Shown here: positions 25,775 through 35,844 of the stretch, one piece after another | Layout: each line of letters begins with the position of its first letter | Numbering within the stretch: the stretch's first letter is position 1 | NCBI GenBank assembly: GCA_965204815.1 | Contig: OZ242014.1 | Span: 615,170 to 679,169 of the forward strand | Length of the DNA stretch: 64,000 nt | From: Dehalococcoidia bacterium | Lineage (GTDB): Bacteria > Chloroflexota > Dehalococcoidia > Lucifugimonadales > CATOSD01 | Direction: 5' to 3' | Notes under the pieces: generated by a model | What the model was told of the DNA's origin: nothing | Database searches by the model: none | Seen by the model: only the letters and a program-made list of their open reading frames with translations | Made by a program: the position numbers and the translations under genes

Positions 25775-27187
25775 ATGCAGAACCAGGACATCGCGTTGCT
25801 GTCACACCTTATGCGCCGCGCCGGATTCGGCGCGACACCCGATGAGCTGGAACGGTACGCCGAAATGGGCTACGAAGCGGCCGTCGAGGAGCTGCTGCAC
25901 CCAGAGAACATGCCGCCCGCGCTCGAGGACGAGGACCTGATCAGGCGCTACCACGTCGACGAGAACGGCCTGCTCATAGTCGATAGCTGCCAGACATATC
26001 TCGTTTACCGGATGATCAACACGCGCCGACCGCTGGAGGAGAAGCTGGCGCTGTTCTGGCACGGCATATTCGCCACCGGCTACACCAAGCTCAACCAGCC
26101 CAAGGCGATCCTCAATCAGATAGAGATGTTCCGACGGTACGGATTCGGAACGTTCCGGGACCTGCTCGTCGAGCTGTCCAGAGACCCCGCCATGATCTTC
26201 TGGCTGGACAACAAGGACAACCACAAGGACGCCGTGAACGAGAACTACGGCAGGGAGATCCTGGAACTGTTCTCCATGGGCGTCGGTAACTACACCGAGG
26301 ACGACGTGAGGCAGTGCTCCAGGGCCTTCACCGGATGGACCATCCGCAACGCCGCGCACCACACCGTGCGCACCGCGCAGGACTCGGTCTGGCCGTACGG
26401 ACGCCTGGACTGGCAGTACGAATACCTACCTGACGACCACGACGACGGCGAAAAGACATTCCTGGGCCGGCAGGGCGCCTTCGACGGCGAGGACGTCATC
26501 GACATCATCTGCGAGGAGCCCGCGACCGCCCGGTTCATCTCTCGCCACCTCTACAACTACTTCGTAGCCGACGAGCCACAGGTTCCCGCCTGGGAGACCG
26601 TGCCGCCGCGCGACCCCGCCGCGATAGACACGCTGGTCGATTCCTATTTCGAGAGCGGCGGCGATATCCGCGCCATGCTTCGCACGCTCTTCAACTCCGA
26701 CTTCTTCAAGAGCGCCCGTTTCGCCAAGATCAAGAGCCCTTCGGAGATGGTCGCCGGGGTCGCGCGACAGTCCGGCGGTTTCGCCTTCCCCGAGGTGGAG
26801 GACATCCAGCTCGCGTTGGAGACCGGCAACATGGGCCAACTTCTGGTCGATCCGCCAAGCGTGGAGGGCTGGCACACCGGCCCGGAGTGGGTCACCACCG
26901 CCAGCCTCGTCAACCGCGTCAACTTCGCCGTGAAGCAGTTCGCCGACGAGACGAAGCCGGGCGTAAGGTCCATCATCGAGCGCATCCAGGCGCGCGGGCC
27001 GGGCCAGACGCCTGAGCAACTGGTGGACGGCTGCCTGGATCTGATGGGGCCGATGGACGTCTCCCCTAGCACTCGTGACGAGCTCGTGGCCCACGCCGCG
27101 GATGCCAACGGCGACGGCGAATCGGCGGAGCGCGTGAAGGGGCTGCTTCAACTCATCGTCTCCACCCGCGAATACCAGATGGCCTGA
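25775..27187 (+). CDS. DUF1800 family protein
   Basis: ATG 25775 follows GAGGAGGG. ..LLSHLMRRAGFGATPDELE.. and the overall pattern are typical of DUF1800. The usual DUF1501 partner is absent. Confidence 0.7.
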   Translation: MQNQDIALLSHLMRRAGFGATPDELERYAEMGYEAAVEELLHPENMPPALEDEDLIRRYHVDENGLLIVDSCQTYLVYRMINTRRPLEEKLALFWHGIFATGYTKLNQPKAILNQIEMFRRYGFGTFRDLLVELSRDPAMIFWLDNKDNHKDAVNENYGREILELFSMGVGNYTEDDVRQCSRAFTGWTIRNAAHHTVRTAQDSVWPYGRLDWQYEYLPDDHDDGEKTFLGRQGAFDGEDVIDIICEEPATARFISRHLYNYFVADEPQVPAWETVPPRDPAAIDTLVDSYFESGGDIRAMLRTLFNSDFFKSARFAKIKSPSEMVAGVARQSGGFAFPEVEDIQLALETGNMGQLLVDPPSVEGWHTGPEWVTTASLVNRVNFAVKQFADETKPGVRSIIERIQARGPGQTPEQLVDGCLDLMGPMDVSPSTRDELVAHAADANGDGESAERVKGLLQLIVSTREYQMA

Positions 27188-27202
27188 TAGAGTGTTTCCA
27201 AA

Positions 27203-27240
27203 TCCCTTCCCCCTCCGATGGGGGAAGGTTGGGATGGGGG
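27203..27240 (-). repeat. Dispersed hairpin repeat family A, inverted copy
   Basis: The reverse complement, cccccatcccaaccttcccccatcggagggggaaggga, matches the 37-nt element at 40969 and 49197. Stem CCTTCCCCC/GGGGGAAGG. It lies just after the DUF1800 stop. Confidence 0.85.
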
Positions 27241-27253
27241 AGAGAGGCGCGCC

Positions 27254-28276
27254 ATGGTCACCACTGATCTGCTATACAACTATAGTCACACCATAGGTAT
27301 GTACGCGCTGCAGGGACGGGGGTTCAACAACCCCGTCGATCTGGCATTCGGAAAAGACGGTCTGCTCTACGTGCTCAATCGCGCGGGGCCGGAGGTTTCC
27401 GCCAGGCTGCCCTACAAGCGGGTGACCATGTGCACCGTGGACGAGGACTACCTGGGCGAGTTCAGCAGCGGCGGCGTGGAGGACGGCCAGATGATGTGGC
27501 CATCCTCCATAGCCATCGATGACGACGGCAACGTCTACGTGTCCGACGAGGCGCTGCAGCGAATCTCCATATTCGATTCGCGCGGACGCTACCTGGACAA
27601 GTGGGGAACCAGGGGCCGGGCCGACGGCGAGTTCAATCGGCCGTCGGGAATCGTTTTCGACGCCGACGGCAACCTGCTGGTCACTGACAGCCTCAACTGC
27701 CGCGTCCAGCGCTACACCAGCGACGGCCGCTTCCTGGAGTCCTGGGGCCGCCCGGGACGCGCCGACGGCGAGTTCAACCTGCCCTGGGGCATACACGTGG
27801 ACGCCGATGGCGGCGTGCTGGTGGCCGACTGGCGCAACGACCGCGTGCAGCGGTTCGAAGCCGGCGGAAGCCACGTCGCCACCTACGGTGAGCCGGGGGA
27901 CGCGGACGGACGGTTCAACCGGCCCGCGGGCGTCGAAACCGACTCCGACGGCAACCTGTACGTAGCCGACTGGGGCAACGAACGCGTGCAGGTGCTTGAT
28001 CCCGACGGCGGCTTTCTCTTCAAGCTGCGCGGCGAGTCCGGCATATCCAAGTGGGGCTACGAGTACTTCGAGGCCAACACGGAGGAGTTGCGCGAGCGCC
28101 AGAACTCGAACATGGAGCCGGAGGTCGGCCCTCTGGCGCGGGGCAGCTCGCGCGAGGAGTCGGCCAACATCGAGAAGCTCTTCTGGGGTCCCACCGCGGT
28201 CAAGGTAGACGAGGAGGGCAGACTCTTCGTCGTCGAAAGCTGCCGCTTCCGCATCCAGATCTACCAGCGCGCCTAG
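27254..28276 (+). CDS. NHL-repeat beta-propeller protein
   Basis: Repeated units ..GxxDGxFNRPxGxxxDxDGNLxVxDxxNxRVQ.. occur about 5-6 times. The start is moved to ATG 27254 because 27218-27253 is repeat-derived. Confidence 0.8.
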   Translation: MVTTDLLYNYSHTIGMYALQGRGFNNPVDLAFGKDGLLYVLNRAGPEVSARLPYKRVTMCTVDEDYLGEFSSGGVEDGQMMWPSSIAIDDDGNVYVSDEALQRISIFDSRGRYLDKWGTRGRADGEFNRPSGIVFDADGNLLVTDSLNCRVQRYTSDGRFLESWGRPGRADGEFNLPWGIHVDADGGVLVADWRNDRVQRFEAGGSHVATYGEPGDADGRFNRPAGVETDSDGNLYVADWGNERVQVLDPDGGFLFKLRGESGISKWGYEYFEANTEELRERQNSNMEPEVGPLARGSSREESANIEKLFWGPTAVKVDEEGRLFVVESCRFRIQIYQRA

Positions 28277-28289
28277 CGGTTCCTCCGCG

Positions 28290-29204
28290 CTACACCAGTT
28301 GTGTCTTCAGCGCCTTGAGGCGCTCGGTGCGGTACGCTTCCTGCGCGGAACCCTCGTAGACGTGGGCCAATAGCGCCGCCGTCTCCAGCCGGTACAGCGT
28401 GTAGGCTTCCGAGCCCCGTTCCACTTTCCCGTGGACCGACTCGTAGCCGGCCCAAAAACCCGCGTCCAGGCCAACCCCCTCGTCTACCCGCGCGAGATCG
28501 AACGCCGGGTCCCCGGCAAGCGAGTTTGCCGCGTCGACGATGCCGGTTATGCTGAGCGCGCCGCCCTCCAGCGTCGCCAGCATGTTTGCTGACCTAAAGT
28601 CCATGTGCAGCAGGCGGGGCTGGGAGAGTTCGACCCCGGCCGCTCTTCCCGCTAGCGCGTCCACCTCCGCGTGCGTCATCAGGCCGCCCTTCGCGTGCGG
28701 CTCGAGGCGTCGGCGTAAACGGCGGCTGAAGTAGCCGCCCCAGGAATCGGACGAAAGCCGTGATAGCCGCCCGACTCTCTCGAGACGCACGCCGTGTATC
28801 GTGGCCAGCAGCCCGCCCATCTCCCGCGCCGCACTCCGGCGTTGGACTGCGGACGCGACGGGGAGCAGCTCGTCCAGCGGCGTGCCGCGCAGATGCGTGA
28901 AGAAAGCGTATGGGAACCCCAGCGCGGCCTCGTCCGGCTCGAAGTGGATTGGCCTCGGCACCGGCAGGTTGGGGAGCAGGCGGTAGAACTCTATCTCGTC
29001 GGCGAGTATCAGGTCCCAGTCTATCCGGCCGAGGTAATCCGAAACCTGGTTTCTCTGGCCACGGAAGACAACGGACTCCCCGTCGCGAAAGTCGATCCGC
29101 CGCACGTCGAAGTCGAACCCGGCCTTGAGCGGTTGGATGTCGCGCACGGCTCGCCCGGGAAAGGCCAATGCGACCGCCGCCTCGACCTCACGGCGCTCCA
29201 GCAA
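28290..29204 (-). CDS. Aminoglycoside phosphotransferase (APH)/choline-kinase family kinase
   Basis: ..LLHMDFRSANML..IVDAANSLAGDPAFDLAR.. is the Brenner/APH catalytic motif. Confidence 0.75.
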   Translation of the reverse strand: MLERREVEAAVALAFPGRAVRDIQPLKAGFDFDVRRIDFRDGESVVFRGQRNQVSDYLGRIDWDLILADEIEFYRLLPNLPVPRPIHFEPDEAALGFPYAFFTHLRGTPLDELLPVASAVQRRSAAREMGGLLATIHGVRLERVGRLSRLSSDSWGGYFSRRLRRRLEPHAKGGLMTHAEVDALAGRAAGVELSQPRLLHMDFRSANMLATLEGGALSITGIVDAANSLAGDPAFDLARVDEGVGLDAGFWAGYESVHGKVERGSEAYTLYRLETAALLAHVYEGSAQEAYRTERLKALKTQLV

Positions 29205-29219
29205 CGCGGTTCCGCCGCG

Positions 29220-29729
29220 CTACGCCAGGCGCCCGAACTCGCTCCTGTAGTACGTCAGCGGACCGCCGCTATCGTTCAGCCTGATCTCGTCAACCTCGCC
29301 AATGAAGATGGTGTGGTCTCCGGCGACGTGATCGGCCACCACGCGACAGTCCAGGCTGGCCAGGCTATCCTCGATGACGGCGGCGCCCGTCTCGGTGAAG
29401 CTGAGTGGGACGTCAAAGGATGCGTCGCGACGCTCCGGGGGCATTGCGAAGTGCTCGGCTATCCCCCGCTGTTCGACGTTGAGGATGTTGATGCAGAAGC
29501 GGCGGCTTTCGGAGATGTGCTCGTGGCTGTGCCGATTGTGGCCCACGCATACCAGCGCGAGCATGGGGTCCATGGAAACCGAGCAGATGCCTTGGGCCGT
29601 CATGCCGTGTACGTCGCCGCCGCGCTCTATCGACGTTACCACCGACACACCGGTTGCGAACCTGGCCCAGGCTTGTCGAAATTGCTCGGAGTCGACCAAC
29701 GCGGCACCTCTCGCGAGTTGATTGTTCAA
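29220..29729 (-). CDS. Flavin reductase (NAD(P)H:FMN oxidoreductase) domain protein
   Basis: ..FRQAWARFATGVSVVTS..GMTAQGICSVSMDPMLALVCV.. is typical of Flavin_Reduct. Confidence 0.8.
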   Translation of the reverse strand: MNNQLARGAALVDSEQFRQAWARFATGVSVVTSIERGGDVHGMTAQGICSVSMDPMLALVCVGHNRHSHEHISESRRFCINILNVEQRGIAEHFAMPPERRDASFDVPLSFTETGAAVIEDSLASLDCRVVADHVAGDHTIFIGEVDEIRLNDSGGPLTYYRSEFGRLA

Positions 29730-29824
29730 AAGGGGAAGGGGTACGGCCGCCTGTTGGGTCGCGGCGGCCTCAACTTACCACAAAGGGGTGATTCAGCGCG
29801 AACGCCTGGCCGGGCGGGGACGGT

Positions 29825-30085
29825 CTAATCGTCCTCCACGCCCTGCTCTTTGAGAAAGTCGAGCGCTTCCCGGACATTGGTTATCTGCTCGGCCTGCTCA
29901 TCGGAGATCTCGAGCTGGTTGCCGTCGGTGCTGAACTCCTCTTCAAACGCCATAATCAACTCCACAAGGTCCAGGGAGTCGGCGTTGAGGTCCTCTGTGA
30001 ACGAAGAGTCGAGTTCCACTTCCTCGAGCTCTACGGCGAGTTTATCGGCGACCAACGCCTGAACGCGCTCGAGAACTGTTGCCAT
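29825..30085 (-). CDS. acpP: Acyl carrier protein
   Basis: [19 protein letters not shown] contains the DSL phosphopantetheine attachment motif. 86 aa. Confidence 0.9.
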   Translation of the reverse strand: MATVLERVQALVADKLAVELEEVELDSSFTEDLNADSLDLVELIMAFEEEFSTDGNQLEISDEQAEQITNVREALDFLKEQGVEDD

Positions 30086-30183
30086 TTTGCCACCTCCAAG
30101 GCATGTAACCAGCCAAAGTCCGAATTGAGTTGTGCGCCCGCGCCGTCTGTGAGCGCCGGCGGGCTATGGGTCGACTGAGGCTG

Positions 30184-30624
30184 TCAGACTCCCACCTTTT
30201 CCAGCAACGAACCGAGCACGCCGTTCACGAATTTGGGCGAGTTTTCGGAGCCAAAGGCTTTCGCCAGCTCCACCGCTTCGTTGATGGCCACTCGGGGGGG
30301 CGTCTCACCGCCAAACATTATCTCATAAATCGCCACGCTAAGTATATTTCTGTCCACGAGCGCCATCTGGTGAATAGGCCAACTCGGGGCCAGCTCCGCG
30401 ATAGGCGCGTCAATCTGCTCCTTGTGGCACAGCACGCCCTGCACCAGCCCTCGGGCGAACTCCTCGGCCTGCTTGGTAAGGCCAAGCTCGGCGGATATGT
30501 TCGCAAAGGCCTCGTAGGGGTCGTGGGCCACGGCGCTGGCCTCGTACAGCGCCTGTAGCGCTGCCAGGCGCGCCATGCGTCTGACGCCGGGTCGCTCGGA
30601 CGTCCCGCGTGCGTCAGTGGACAT
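30184..30624 (-). CDS. nusB: Transcription antitermination factor NusB
   Basis: ..ARLAALQALYE..DRNILSVAIYEIMF..TPPRVAINEAVELAK.. is typical of NusB. Confidence 0.85.
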   Translation of the reverse strand: MSTDARGTSERPGVRRMARLAALQALYEASAVAHDPYEAFANISAELGLTKQAEEFARGLVQGVLCHKEQIDAPIAELAPSWPIHQMALVDRNILSVAIYEIMFGGETPPRVAINEAVELAKAFGSENSPKFVNGVLGSLLEKVGV

Positions 30625-30691
30625 AGGATGCCGATCGTTCAGACAACGCTTCCCTCAGTCCGCTCCGCGCAACTCGCCCGAGCAAGGTCGC

Positions 30692-31651
30692 CTAGTTAGC
30701 GTGCAGCTTGAGAATGGAGTCGATGTCGCCGACGCTCGACACCTTGGCGCGCTTGTCGATGCGCTTGATCATGCCGCCGAGCGCCCTTCCCGGGCCGATT
30801 TCGAGGAAATCGACGATGCCCGAGCCAATCATGTGGTCGACGGAGCGCTTCCACTGCACGCAACCGCAGATCTGGGCCGCAAGCTCCTGCTTCACGCTCT
30901 CGGCGGTAGTGAGAGGCTGGCCCGTGTAGTTGGCCACTATCGGCACCTGTGGATCTTTGAAGTCGAGCTTGTCTATAGCCTCGATCAGTCCCGCGCGGGC
31001 CGGCTCCATGAGGCCGGAGTGGAACGCGCCGCCCACGCTCAGGGGCACTACCCTCTTCGCGCCGCGCGCGGTAGCCAGGTCGAGCGCCACGGCAACCGCC
31101 ATCCGTTCGCCGCTGATCACGATCTGCTCGGCGGTGTTGATGTTGGAGATGTAGGTCCCGGTCTCCCTGGCTATCTCCTCGATGGTCATCTCGTCGAGGC
31201 CCAGTATGGCCGCCATGGTCCCGGGGTTACTCTCGCACGCTTCCTGCATCAGCAGGCCGCGCGTCCTGACGAGCTGTGCGGTCTCGGCCACGTTCAGCAC
31301 TCCCGCGACGGCCAGGGCGGTGTACTCGCCCAGGCTGTGGCCCGCCATCAGCAGCGGCTGGGGCATGCGATCGTTGCCGAGATGTTCTTCCATGGCCTTC
31401 ATACAGGCCAGGCTTACGGCCATGATGGCCGGCTGGGCGTTGACCGTCTGGCGCAGATCGTCCTCGGGGCCGTTGAACATAAGGTCTGCGAGCGGCCGCT
31501 CCAACGCGTCGTCCACCTGCCGGAAAACCTCGCGCGCCGCGGGCGAGCGGTCGAACAGTTCGCGGCCCATTCCGACGGCCTGCGCGCCCTGGCCCGGGAA
31601 CAAGAACCCGACCTTGGCCGCGTTGGGCTCTGTCTTGAGTCTCAGTGTCAT
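30692..31651 (-). CDS. fabD: Malonyl-CoA:ACP transacylase
   Basis: FLFPGQGAQAVGMG and GHSLGEYTALAVAG. The start is set to ATG 31651, 5 nt after AGGAGG. Confidence 0.9.
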   Translation of the reverse strand: MTLRLKTEPNAAKVGFLFPGQGAQAVGMGRELFDRSPAAREVFRQVDDALERPLADLMFNGPEDDLRQTVNAQPAIMAVSLACMKAMEEHLGNDRMPQPLLMAGHSLGEYTALAVAGVLNVAETAQLVRTRGLLMQEACESNPGTMAAILGLDEMTIEEIARETGTYISNINTAEQIVISGERMAVAVALDLATARGAKRVVPLSVGGAFHSGLMEPARAGLIEAIDKLDFKDPQVPIVANYTGQPLTTAESVKQELAAQICGCVQWKRSVDHMIGSGIVDFLEIGPGRALGGMIKRIDKRAKVSSVGDIDSILKLHAN

Positions 31652-31713
31652 GTCCGCCTCCTGCATCGCTCAGATGTGACTGGGCACTGTCGCGGCCCAT
31701 TGGGGCCGAGCGA

Positions 31714-31893
31714 TCAGCCGACGACGGCCACCTGCCGGCCGTTGTAGTAGTTACAGCTTGGACAGGCCCGGTGGGGCAGCTTGGGCAAGCGGCACTGAGG
31801 GCAATCCGAAAGCGTGACGGCCCTCAAGCCGAAATGCGCCGTGCGGCCTCCCTTGCGCTTTTTGGAGTGCTTCTTCTTTGGCAGTGGTGGCAT
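31714..31893 (-). CDS. rpmF: 50S ribosomal protein L32
   Basis: Found by hand; at 59 aa it is below the ORF-track cutoff. MPPLPKKKHSKKRKGGRTAHFGLRAVTLSDCPQCRLPKLPHRACPSCNYYNGRQVAVVG has the CxxC..CxxC zinc ribbon. It sits downstream of yceD as usual. Confidence 0.9.
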   Translation of the reverse strand: MPPLPKKKHSKKRKGGRTAHFGLRAVTLSDCPQCRLPKLPHRACPSCNYYNGRQVAVVG

Positions 31894-31948
31894 TGGAATC
31901 TCCAGGTTCGATCAGGCGTAGAATCGCCTGTTTCCGGAACGATCCGAA

Positions 31949-32473
31949 TTAGTCGTCGCCTCCGGTCGAGGCCAACTTAAGCAGCGCGTCCCACCGCGGG
32001 TCGGTCCGGGGCGGCCCGCACGTGCACTCTGCCTCGTTCAGGTTCGCGCCGCAGCCGGTGCACAAGCCCGCGCAGTCGTCGCCGCACGTCGGTTTCATGG
32101 GAATATCAAGGTAAGAATACTGCCTCACGGCCTCCGTGATGTCAAGGATTTGGTCGGAGCCGATGAAGAACTCTTCCTCCTCGCCCTCCAACCAGGGTTC
32201 GAACACCAAGCCGTCCAACGGCGCGGCAAACTCGTCGTCGATCGTAATGCGCACCGGCTGATGGTACTCGCGAAGGCACCTGCTGCACTGGCAGACCGCC
32301 GCCGTGTCCAACCGGCCGCTCACCCATATTCCTTTGTCGGTGCGCATAAGCCTTACGTTGCCCAGCACGCGGCCGGTGGGCACACCACCTCCCGACTCCG
32401 CCTGCTCATCGACCTGGTAGTGCCGGGTAGAGCCGATGCCCTCCTTCATAAGTTGGGCAACGTTAAAATGCAT
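31949..32473 (-). CDS. yceD: YceD/DUF177 family protein
   Basis: ..QCSRCLREY..CGDDCAGLCTGCGANLNEAECTC.. and the conserved position upstream of rpmF. The start is set at ATG 32473. Confidence 0.8.
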   Translation of the reverse strand: MHFNVAQLMKEGIGSTRHYQVDEQAESGGGVPTGRVLGNVRLMRTDKGIWVSGRLDTAAVCQCSRCLREYHQPVRITIDDEFAAPLDGLVFEPWLEGEEEEFFIGSDQILDITEAVRQYSYLDIPMKPTCGDDCAGLCTGCGANLNEAECTCGPPRTDPRWDALLKLASTGGDD

Positions 32474-32596
32474 CGTAACCGCCTCCACCCGCGCTGTCCC
32501 GCTCCAAAGTTTGAAAGGACATTCTAGGGCCGACGCCACTTTGTGTCAAGACGCCGACTCCGCCCCTGCCGTGCCGCGAAGCCTTCCCTCCGGGCC

Positions 32597-33295
32597 TCAC
32601 AGCCAAATCAGCGCGAGCGTAACGATCCCTCCAAGCAGCAGCGCCACCGCCCAGAACAGGTCCACGTTGATCCAGCCGCGCCTCAGGAACGCCAGGCCCA
32701 CCTTCTCGTAGACCACCATGGCGATGACGAACATCACCAGCAGCATTGCCAGCGTGTGTATGCCGAGGCCGATGCCCCACGCCACCGACGTGTCGGCCAG
32801 GTCCAGGAAGTCGGCGTGGTGCGCCAGTTCGCCCAGATCGTGCTGGCGCTCCTCCAGGTTCAGGATTATCGGCGCCAGCATCAGCCCCGCGCCGTGCGAC
32901 GTTGCCATCAGAAACGACCAGAAGATGAGGTCTCTCGAGCTGACCTGCATCCCCACCCACCTGGGATGGCGGTAGTATCGGAACACCTTGTATGCGCCGA
33001 AGAGCAGCAGAGTGACGCCGGCGAGTATCCTCACCCAGTCGAGCGGAACGAACGCCCCCACGAGCAATAGGAAGGCGGCCACGACCACCAGCGAGGCGGC
33101 GTGGCCGATGGTGATAAACGCGAGCGCCCGGGATACGGCCCAGGCGCTCTGTTGTTGCAGTCCCAGCGCCACGGCGAACAGCCAGCCCATGGCCGGGTTC
33201 AGGCCGTGAAAAGCTCCCAGCGCGGCCAAGCCGGCCAGCGCCCCCAGGGACGCCAGCGCGGCGGGCTCAACGTGGGCGAGCGGCGACAGGAGCAT
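32597..33295 (-). CDS. Integral membrane protein (~6 TM) with conserved His motifs, function unknown
   Basis: Hydrophobic throughout. Motifs GAFHGLNPAMGW and TSHGAGLM. Adjacent to the SBP56 gene. Confidence 0.6.
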   Translation of the reverse strand: MLLSPLAHVEPAALASLGALAGLAALGAFHGLNPAMGWLFAVALGLQQQSAWAVSRALAFITIGHAASLVVVAAFLLLVGAFVPLDWVRILAGVTLLLFGAYKVFRYYRHPRWVGMQVSSRDLIFWSFLMATSHGAGLMLAPIILNLEERQHDLGELAHHADFLDLADTSVAWGIGLGIHTLAMLLVMFVIAMVVYEKVGLAFLRRGWINVDLFWAVALLLGGIVTLALIWL

Positions 33296-33307
33296 CCAGG
33301 GGACGCT

Positions 33308-34720
33308 CTACGGGTAGCAGAACGAGTCGGACGAGGCGTCCCCTCCCTCGAGCCGTAGCTGGTGCGCCCTGGTGCTTCCGAAGTCGACGAAGAAGTTCGG
33401 GTCCAGCTCCATGCCGCCCTCTGGGTTGGTGTCCATCTTGATCATCCAGCCCGTCATGTCGTCGTAGAACACGTCGTCCCAGGAACTGTACAGCGAGTTG
33501 GTGGCGTACACCCGCCGCCCGTCCCGGCTTATCTCCACCATCTGCGGCGCGCCCACCAGCGGCCCGGCGGAGGGATGCTCGGCCTTCCTCACGACGCCGC
33601 CCGCCTGCACCGTGCCCGTAAGCTCGGGGTTGAACGGGTCGGACACGTCGTACTGGCGAAGCTCGCCCGTGCCCCAGCAGGAGACGTACAGGAACTTGTC
33701 GTCCACCGACAGGTCCAGGTCGGTGATCAGCGGCGGCACCGCGCCTAACGGCTTCAGGGCGTCGGGCAGCACGTCCGCATCGGCCGGCTCAGCCGGAATC
33801 TCGATCACCTTCTTCGCGGCCCACTTGCCGTTCTCCCGGTACCATGTGAATACGGAACCCGACAGGTTGCTGGCGTTTACCACCACGCCGACGAAGCCGT
33901 AAGCCTCGGTGGGCGCGTGGGCGGGCCGCAACTCCAGCGCCATCTGGTGCTCGGAGCCGAGGTCTACCTCCTGCACGTGCCTGCGGCGGCGCAGGTCCCA
34001 GAAGTGGATCTTGTGGCCGTAGTTGTGGTTCACGATGTGTTCCAGCACCGGGCCGTTTTCAAACATGTCCGGCGTGCCCCACTCGCTGGTGATGGCGACG
34101 TCCAGGCCCATGTGCCACCAGAAGTCGTAGGACATCTGCTGCGTGCCCCGGTCCAGCTCCCAGCGGCCCAGCGGCTCGAAGGTGTTGTGGTCTATGCGCA
34201 TGATCCCGCCGGGCGCGCCGCCATCCGCGGAGCCGATGCCGTTCAGGTAGATGGCGTCGGGGCCGCAGTGGACGGTGTGGAGCCGGCTGTAGCCAGTGCG
34301 CTCGAATATGAGGTCGGACTCTATCGTCTTGACCAGCTTGGGGTTGTACGGGTCCGGCTTGGTGTCCAATATGTAGATGCGGGACGTCCGCAGCGTGGGG
34401 ACGACCAGGTAGCGGCGCTCCAGGTGGGGATGAGGTGCGTATGGACAGAGCGCGGAGCTACAGGCGTTCCAACCGAAGTGGTGCAGCTCGTCGCCGACGT
34501 TGGGCATCTCGACGGTGCTGACTATCTTGCTGTAGTTGGAGGACTCGGGGTCGAGGTCCACCACAGACATGCTGTCGGGTCGTCCATCTACGTTGAGGCC
34601 GGCCACGTATCCCAGCCGTTCGGGCGGGGCTTTCGTAGCCATCTCGGGCGACGGGTAAAAGGTAGGGTCCGGTTGGATTAGAGCCAAAACTGCACCTCGC
34701 TGAATTTGGGATGACCGCAT
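33308..34720 (-). CDS. Selenium-binding protein 56 family / methanethiol oxidase-like
   Basis: ..DPTFYPSPEMATKAPPERLGYVA..ELHHFGWNACSS..RIYILDTKPDP.. are hallmark SBP56 segments. The start is uncertain: ATG 34720, or an in-frame TTG a few codons downstream after GAGGT. Confidence 0.85.
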   Translation of the reverse strand: MRSSQIQRGAVLALIQPDPTFYPSPEMATKAPPERLGYVAGLNVDGRPDSMSVVDLDPESSNYSKIVSTVEMPNVGDELHHFGWNACSSALCPYAPHPHLERRYLVVPTLRTSRIYILDTKPDPYNPKLVKTIESDLIFERTGYSRLHTVHCGPDAIYLNGIGSADGGAPGGIMRIDHNTFEPLGRWELDRGTQQMSYDFWWHMGLDVAITSEWGTPDMFENGPVLEHIVNHNYGHKIHFWDLRRRRHVQEVDLGSEHQMALELRPAHAPTEAYGFVGVVVNASNLSGSVFTWYRENGKWAAKKVIEIPAEPADADVLPDALKPLGAVPPLITDLDLSVDDKFLYVSCWGTGELRQYDVSDPFNPELTGTVQAGGVVRKAEHPSAGPLVGAPQMVEISRDGRRVYATNSLYSSWDDVFYDDMTGWMIKMDTNPEGGMELDPNFFVDFGSTRAHQLRLEGGDASSDSFCYP

Positions 34721-34934
34721 TCTAGGCGATGCGGCGCGGGGGTTCAAGTTGAACACAGCCGCGCCGTCCCCGCGATGCCGCGCCGGACATAAGAGCACAT
34801 CGCCGTTTCGCCAGCGGATAGGCCTTGAGGACGGCCGCCGGGTTGCATCGCTCCTCTAGCTGGATTAACCTTCCCGGCACTGGGCGGGGGCCATTCGCTC
34901 TGCCCGCGGGACACTGCCAGCAGGAGGCGCGGCT

Positions 34935-35732
34935 ATGACTGCTATCAAGGTTGTGGTACAGGGGGCTTACGGCAAGATGGGGCTGGAGACCGTTGGCGCC
35001 GTGTGCGGGGCCGACGGCATGGAGCTGGTGGGCGCGGTGTCGAGGCGCGGCAGCCTGGGCGATGTGTACGCGCTGCCGGATGGCTCCGGCGAGGTGCCGA
35101 TGTCGAACTCGGTCGCGGACGTGCTGGCAAGCGCAGACGTGGTGGTGGATTTCACCAACGCCGACGGTGCGATGTCCGCGATACGCGCGGCGACCGCGGG
35201 CGGCGCGAACGTGGTCACCGGCTCGACCGGACTGACCGAGGCGCAGCTCGAGGAGGCCGGACGCCTGGCGGACGACAGCGGGCGCTGCGTGATAGTCGCG
35301 CCCAACTTCGCGCTCGGCGCGGTTCTGCTCATACACCTTGCAGGGGTCGCCGCGCCGTTTTTCGACTACGCCGACCTGACCGAGGTCCACCACGAGGCCA
35401 AGCTGGACGCGCCATCGGGTACGGCGCTCGCCATCGCCAGGGCCGCCGCTGCCGCCAGGGGAGAGCCGTTCGCTGCCCCAGCCGCAGAGACTGAAACGCT
35501 GGCCGGCACGCGCGGCGGCACACTGGACGGGGTGGTCATCCACAGCGGGCGCATGACCGGGCGGGTAGCCCACCACGAGCTGGTGTTCGGCGCGCTCGGC
35601 CAGACGCTGACGCTGCGCCACGACTCCATCAACCGCGAGAGCTTCATGCCGGGCGTGCTGCTGGCCATCCGCCGCTCCACCGAGATGACCGGGCTGACTG
35701 TCGGCCTCGAAAACCTACTCGGCCTGGGCTAG
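34935..35732 (+). CDS. dapB: 4-hydroxy-tetrahydrodipicolinate reductase
   Basis: IKVVVQGAYGKMG..VVDFT..VTGSTG..APNFALGAVL..EVHHEAKLDAPSGTA.. Confidence 0.9.
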   Translation: MTAIKVVVQGAYGKMGLETVGAVCGADGMELVGAVSRRGSLGDVYALPDGSGEVPMSNSVADVLASADVVVDFTNADGAMSAIRAATAGGANVVTGSTGLTEAQLEEAGRLADDSGRCVIVAPNFALGAVLLIHLAGVAAPFFDYADLTEVHHEAKLDAPSGTALAIARAAAAARGEPFAAPAAETETLAGTRGGTLDGVVIHSGRMTGRVAHHELVFGALGQTLTLRHDSINRESFMPGVLLAIRRSTEMTGLTVGLENLLGLG

Positions 35733-35844
35733 GTTGTCCTTATAGCCAAGCTTGCCACGCCGCACGCGTCGGGTATATGCTAGGCGCGGCGCTCAAGGCC
35801 ACCCCACAAGAACAAGCACACTTATCAAGGAGGTCCAGTCCAGC

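Noticed and set aside
27218-27253. The ORF-track start MGEGWDGGERRA for the NHL-repeat protein.
   Set aside because: These codons are the family A hairpin repeat read in-frame. ATG 27254 is used instead.
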